From an uncultured Haloferula sp. (GTDB lineage Bacteria > Verrucomicrobiota > Verrucomicrobiia > Verrucomicrobiales > Akkermansiaceae), in contig CBFGTS010000007.1 in the NCBI GenBank assembly GCA_965652295.1, positions 96,001-160,000 on the forward strand: a stretch of DNA of 64,000 nucleotides, written 5' to 3'. A program made the position numbers and the translations under genes. This document shows positions 60,911 to 64,000 of the stretch, piece after piece (position 1 is the first letter of the stretch; every line of letters begins with the position of its first letter). The notes beneath the pieces are model-generated. The model saw only the letters and a program-made list of their open reading frames with translations. It was not told the origin of the DNA and did no database searches.

Positions 60911-61396
60911 ATGTCGATCGACCCCTTGCTGGATCTCCTGCGCCGGAAGGCGCGCCACACGCACCGCCAACTCGCAGAGCTGCTCTCGCTGAGCGAGGAG
61001 GAGGTGAAGGCGCGGATCGCCGAGTGGGAGAAGGACGGCACCATCGCCGGCTACCAGGCGGTGATCGATCCCGAGCTTGCCGGTGATCAGGACGTCTCGG
61101 CTTTCATCGAGGTGAAGCTCACTCCCGAACGGGGCGGTGGCTTCGACCGGCTGGCATTCCGCATCGCCCGCTTCGACCAGGTGGTGAGCTGCTACCTGGC
61201 CAGTGGAGGCTATGACCTGATGGTGGTGGTCGAAGGCAGCGACCTTCGGGAGGTCGCCCGATTCGTCTCCGAAAAGCTCAGCACGATGGATGGTGTGCTT
61301 TCCTCGGCCACCCATTTCCGCCTGAAAACCTACAAGGAGAACGGTTTCCTTCTCGAGCACCAGGATGCGCCCGAGAGGCTCGCGGTGGCTCCGTGA
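60911..61396 (+). CDS. Lrp/AsnC transcriptional regulator
   Basis: N-terminal HTH, G.IAGY, SGGYDL. Confidence 0.92.
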   Translation: MSIDPLLDLLRRKARHTHRQLAELLSLSEEEVKARIAEWEKDGTIAGYQAVIDPELAGDQDVSAFIEVKLTPERGGGFDRLAFRIARFDQVVSCYLASGGYDLMVVVEGSDLREVARFVSEKLSTMDGVLSSATHFRLKTYKENGFLLEHQDAPERLAVAP

Positions 61397-62293
61397 TCAG
61401 TGCGCCATCGGCGTGCCGATGCGGGCGTAGAGTTCGACCTGCTTGGCGCTGTTCTCGAGCAGATCCTCGGCGAGCGTCACCGCACCCGGCTCGAAGAGGG
61501 TGATGGTGGAGGAGCCGCCGAAGGCGAAATAGCCCTTCTCCGCACCCTTCTCCACCGGCTGGCCCTCGGTGTAGGTCTGGTGGATGGAGCCGACACAGGT
61601 GGCACCGATCTCGACGACGAGAACGAGGCCGAGGTGGGGCGTCTCCACACGGGTGAGGGTGCGCTTGTTTTCCCACAGGTAGTGGAGGTGCCGGCGCAGG
61701 GCGATGGGAGAGACGGAGTAGAGCGGACCATCGATCATTTCCGCCGGTCCGGGCGTGCCGGCGCAGGGGAAATGGAAGCGGTGGTAGTCGACCGGGCAGA
61801 GCCGCGACAGCACGAGCGAGCCGTGGGCGAAGCGCTCGGCGAGGTCGTCCGAGCCCAGCAGCCCGCGCAGGTCGAAGCGCTGGCCTTTTGCGAAAAACGC
61901 CTCGATTTCCGAGATTCTCGGAAAGCCGAGGTGGCGGCCATCGGCGGGGAAAACCACGGGAGCCGCGGGATCGATCGGGCGCGCCTCGGGCTTGAGTTTC
62001 CGGTAGAAGAATTCGTTGAAGTTGCGGAACGAATCGACCGGAGCGGCGAAGTCCGCGGGATCGAGATCGTAGTCGCGGATGAACGGAGCGATCTTCGTCC
62101 GGCTGGCCGGCGCATCCATTTTCCGACCGTACCATCGGGAAAACGCGGCGCGCTTGATAAGGCCCTGGAGCGGCAGGACGCCGAGCGGGTGCTCGTAGAC
62201 GAAGCGCAGGAAGCCCTCCCCGTAAACCTTCTCGGTTTCGGTGCGCAGGGTGTGGCGGTTGAAGAACTGGATGTCGTCCACGACCCCCGGCAT
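61397..62293 (-). CDS. psd: Phosphatidylserine decarboxylase proenzyme
   Basis: FNEFFYRKLK, PADG, RLCPVDYHRFH, FGGSS; start approximate. Confidence 0.93.
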   Translation of the reverse strand: MPGVVDDIQFFNRHTLRTETEKVYGEGFLRFVYEHPLGVLPLQGLIKRAAFSRWYGRKMDAPASRTKIAPFIRDYDLDPADFAAPVDSFRNFNEFFYRKLKPEARPIDPAAPVVFPADGRHLGFPRISEIEAFFAKGQRFDLRGLLGSDDLAERFAHGSLVLSRLCPVDYHRFHFPCAGTPGPAEMIDGPLYSVSPIALRRHLHYLWENKRTLTRVETPHLGLVLVVEIGATCVGSIHQTYTEGQPVEKGAEKGYFAFGGSSTITLFEPGAVTLAEDLLENSAKQVELYARIGTPMAH

Positions 62294-62389
62294 ACGGCAG
62301 GGTTTTCTCCGCGCAAAGCGAAAGCTGGGTTGGAAGCCGTCGTCCGGTAGGGCTTGCTTGCGGTGGCAAGGGGGGGTATCGGGCTGGGC

Positions 62390-63004
62390 ATGAGCCGCTT
62401 GGTAACGCTGCTGGCCGCTTCGCTCCTGGTTTCCGGGTGCGGAAAGCGCGACGAGGTGACGGTCGACGGCACCCGTCCGCGGACGATGCGCGACGAAAAC
62501 CTGAAGCCAACCGCGGACGACGGCGAGCGCTTCAGCAGTGCGGCGCATGCCGCACCGGGTGGCATGATGGGCGGCACCCCCGCCGCAGCCCCGGTGGTGG
62601 CCGGAACAGTGCCGGAGGGCTGGCAGGAAGCTCCGCCGAACATATTCCGCCTGCTCAACTACACTTTCGGCGAAGGTGGCGAGGTCTATCTCTCGCTCAG
62701 CCGCGGTGGCGTGCTGGAAAACGTCAATCGCTGGCTGGCGCAGTTCGGTGCCGCCGCGCTGGCCGATCTTGAGGGCCAGGAGCGCATCGAGGCGGCGGGA
62801 TACTCCGGCGTGTGGGTCGAGGCGGATGGGGCCTTCGGCGGGGCGATGGGTGCCGCGGCGAAGGACGACTGGGCGTTGCGGGGCGTGGTTCTGGAAAAGG
62901 ATGGCGAGATTTTGACCGTAAAGATGATGGGTCCGGCGGCCGCGATGGCCGAAGAGGAGACGAAACTGCGCGCGTTTCTCGCTGATCTGAAGCCGGCCCC
63001 CTGA
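62390..63004 (+). CDS. Lipoprotein of unknown function upstream of resB
   Basis: Lipobox VSGC; VPEGW, NVNRW..Q, VKMMGP. Confidence 0.75.
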   Translation: MSRLVTLLAASLLVSGCGKRDEVTVDGTRPRTMRDENLKPTADDGERFSSAAHAAPGGMMGGTPAAAPVVAGTVPEGWQEAPPNIFRLLNYTFGEGGEVYLSLSRGGVLENVNRWLAQFGAAALADLEGQERIEAAGYSGVWVEADGAFGGAMGAAAKDDWALRGVVLEKDGEILTVKMMGPAAAMAEEETKLRAFLADLKPAP

Positions 63005-63015
63005 CGACTCTCCTG

Positions 63016-64000
63016 ATGAACCGCCCGACCTTCCTCACTGCCTTCTGGAAATGGATTTCCGGCTTCGGTTTGGCCACCGTGCTGCTGGTGCTGCTGGGCG
63101 TCGAGACGTGGCTGGCGACCTTGGAAATGGTCGATGCGGGCCTGCTGGCGACACTGCGGAAATACTTCCACTGGACCTCCGTGATCCTCGTTCCGGAGAT
63201 CAACGGCAAATCGCTGCTCCTGCCGCTGCCTGGTGGCTACTGGGTCTGCGCGCTGCTGCTGGTGAACATGGTCTGCGGCGGCCTGATCCGCGCCCGCAAG
63301 GGCTGGAAAACCTGCGGTGTGATCCTGGCCCACTTTTCCATCGTCTTCATGGTGGCGGCGGGAGGAGTCGCCCAGCTTTACGAAAAGCGCGGCGTGATGT
63401 TCCTGATCGAGGGCCAGCAGGCCGATTACGCGGTCTCGCTGACGGATCCCACCGTCGAGGTGATCGAGTTCAAGGATGGCGAGCCGGTGGGCGAAGTCGT
63501 GGTCGCGGGCGAACCGGTGATGCGCGGCTTGAAGCCGGACCACGAGCGGGTGCTGGATTTCAAGGCGTTGCCCTTCGATCTGGAAATCACCGGTTGGCAG
63601 ACGAACGCGATGGTCCGCAAGGAGGGCGATGCGTGGTCGCTGCGGCCGCTACCGGTGCAGCCCGAGGGCGAGATGAACTCGCCCGGCTGTGTGGCGCGCG
63701 TGATCCGCGGGGATGGCACCGCGGGCGAGTCGTTCATTCTGGCCGTGCCGCCTGTCAGCACCGGCGAGGAAAGCTACCCACCGCGCTTGGTCGAGGTCGG
63801 CGGGCGCACCTTCGGCGTGCGGCTGGTGAAGGAAACCATCCCGGTGCCGTACACGGTGAAGCTGGATGACGCCGTGGCGGAATACTACCCGAACTCGATG
63901 CGTCCGAAGTCCTTCAGCAGCTCGATCCAACGCATCGGCGAGCGGGCCGTGCCGGTCGAGATCTCGATGAACGAGCCGATGCGATACGGCGGGTTCACGT
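63016..64000 (+). CDS. resB: Cytochrome c biogenesis ResB/CcsB-like protein (3' end outside window)
   Basis: Manually translated MNRPTFLTAFWKW...; N-terminal TMs with ILAH, and PKSFSS...ISMNEPMRYGGFT at the window edge. Confidence 0.75.
   Translation, partial: MNRPTFLTAFWKWISGFGLATVLLVLLGVETWLATLEMVDAGLLATLRKYFHWTSVILVPEINGKSLLLPLPGGYWVCALLLVNMVCGGLIRARKGWKTCGVILAHFSIVFMVAAGGVAQLYEKRGVMFLIEGQQADYAVSLTDPTVEVIEFKDGEPVGEVVVAGEPVMRGLKPDHERVLDFKALPFDLEITGWQTNAMVRKEGDAWSLRPLPVQPEGEMNSPGCVARVIRGDGTAGESFILAVPPVSTGEESYPPRLVEVGGRTFGVRLVKETIPVPYTVKLDDAVAEYYPNSMRPKSFSSSIQRIGERAVPVEISMNEPMRYGGFT

Overview
High-GC bacterial chromosome, probably Verrucomicrobiota or another PVC group (inferred from a PEP-CTERM protease, an SHD1-domain protein and a double-length UvrA). 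Bases 1-7744 are the right end of an element integrated at a tRNA, probably tRNA-Asn. Its genes all lie on the minus strand: tyrosine integrase, HicAB, an unknown ORF, excisionase, a phage-type replication initiator with internal iterons and small regulators. These lead directly, through ATGA overlaps, into podovirus-like internal-virion (ejection) genes, including a >612-aa protein with a GH24 lysozyme domain that is missing from the ORF track. No head, portal or tail genes are visible. The rest is host DNA: S41 protease, a patatin/CoA-ligase/beta-oxidation operon, tig-clpP-clpX, bamA, ygfZ, GT2, L,D-transpeptidase, rpsT, glnD, a patatin-ACP-condensation-ligase cluster, iscA-hscB-like genes, a 1950-aa uvrA, truncated globin, a mini-kinase, mgtE, rpmI-rplT-pheS-(four-helix bundle)-pheT, DD-carboxypeptidase, pfk, lrp, psd and resB. 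A second layer consists of short repeats: heptamer arrays bracket the four-helix-bundle gene as inverted arms, and heptamer and REP-like hairpins are inserted in frame at least 8 times in uvrA. All calls come from motif recognition by eye; no database search was run.
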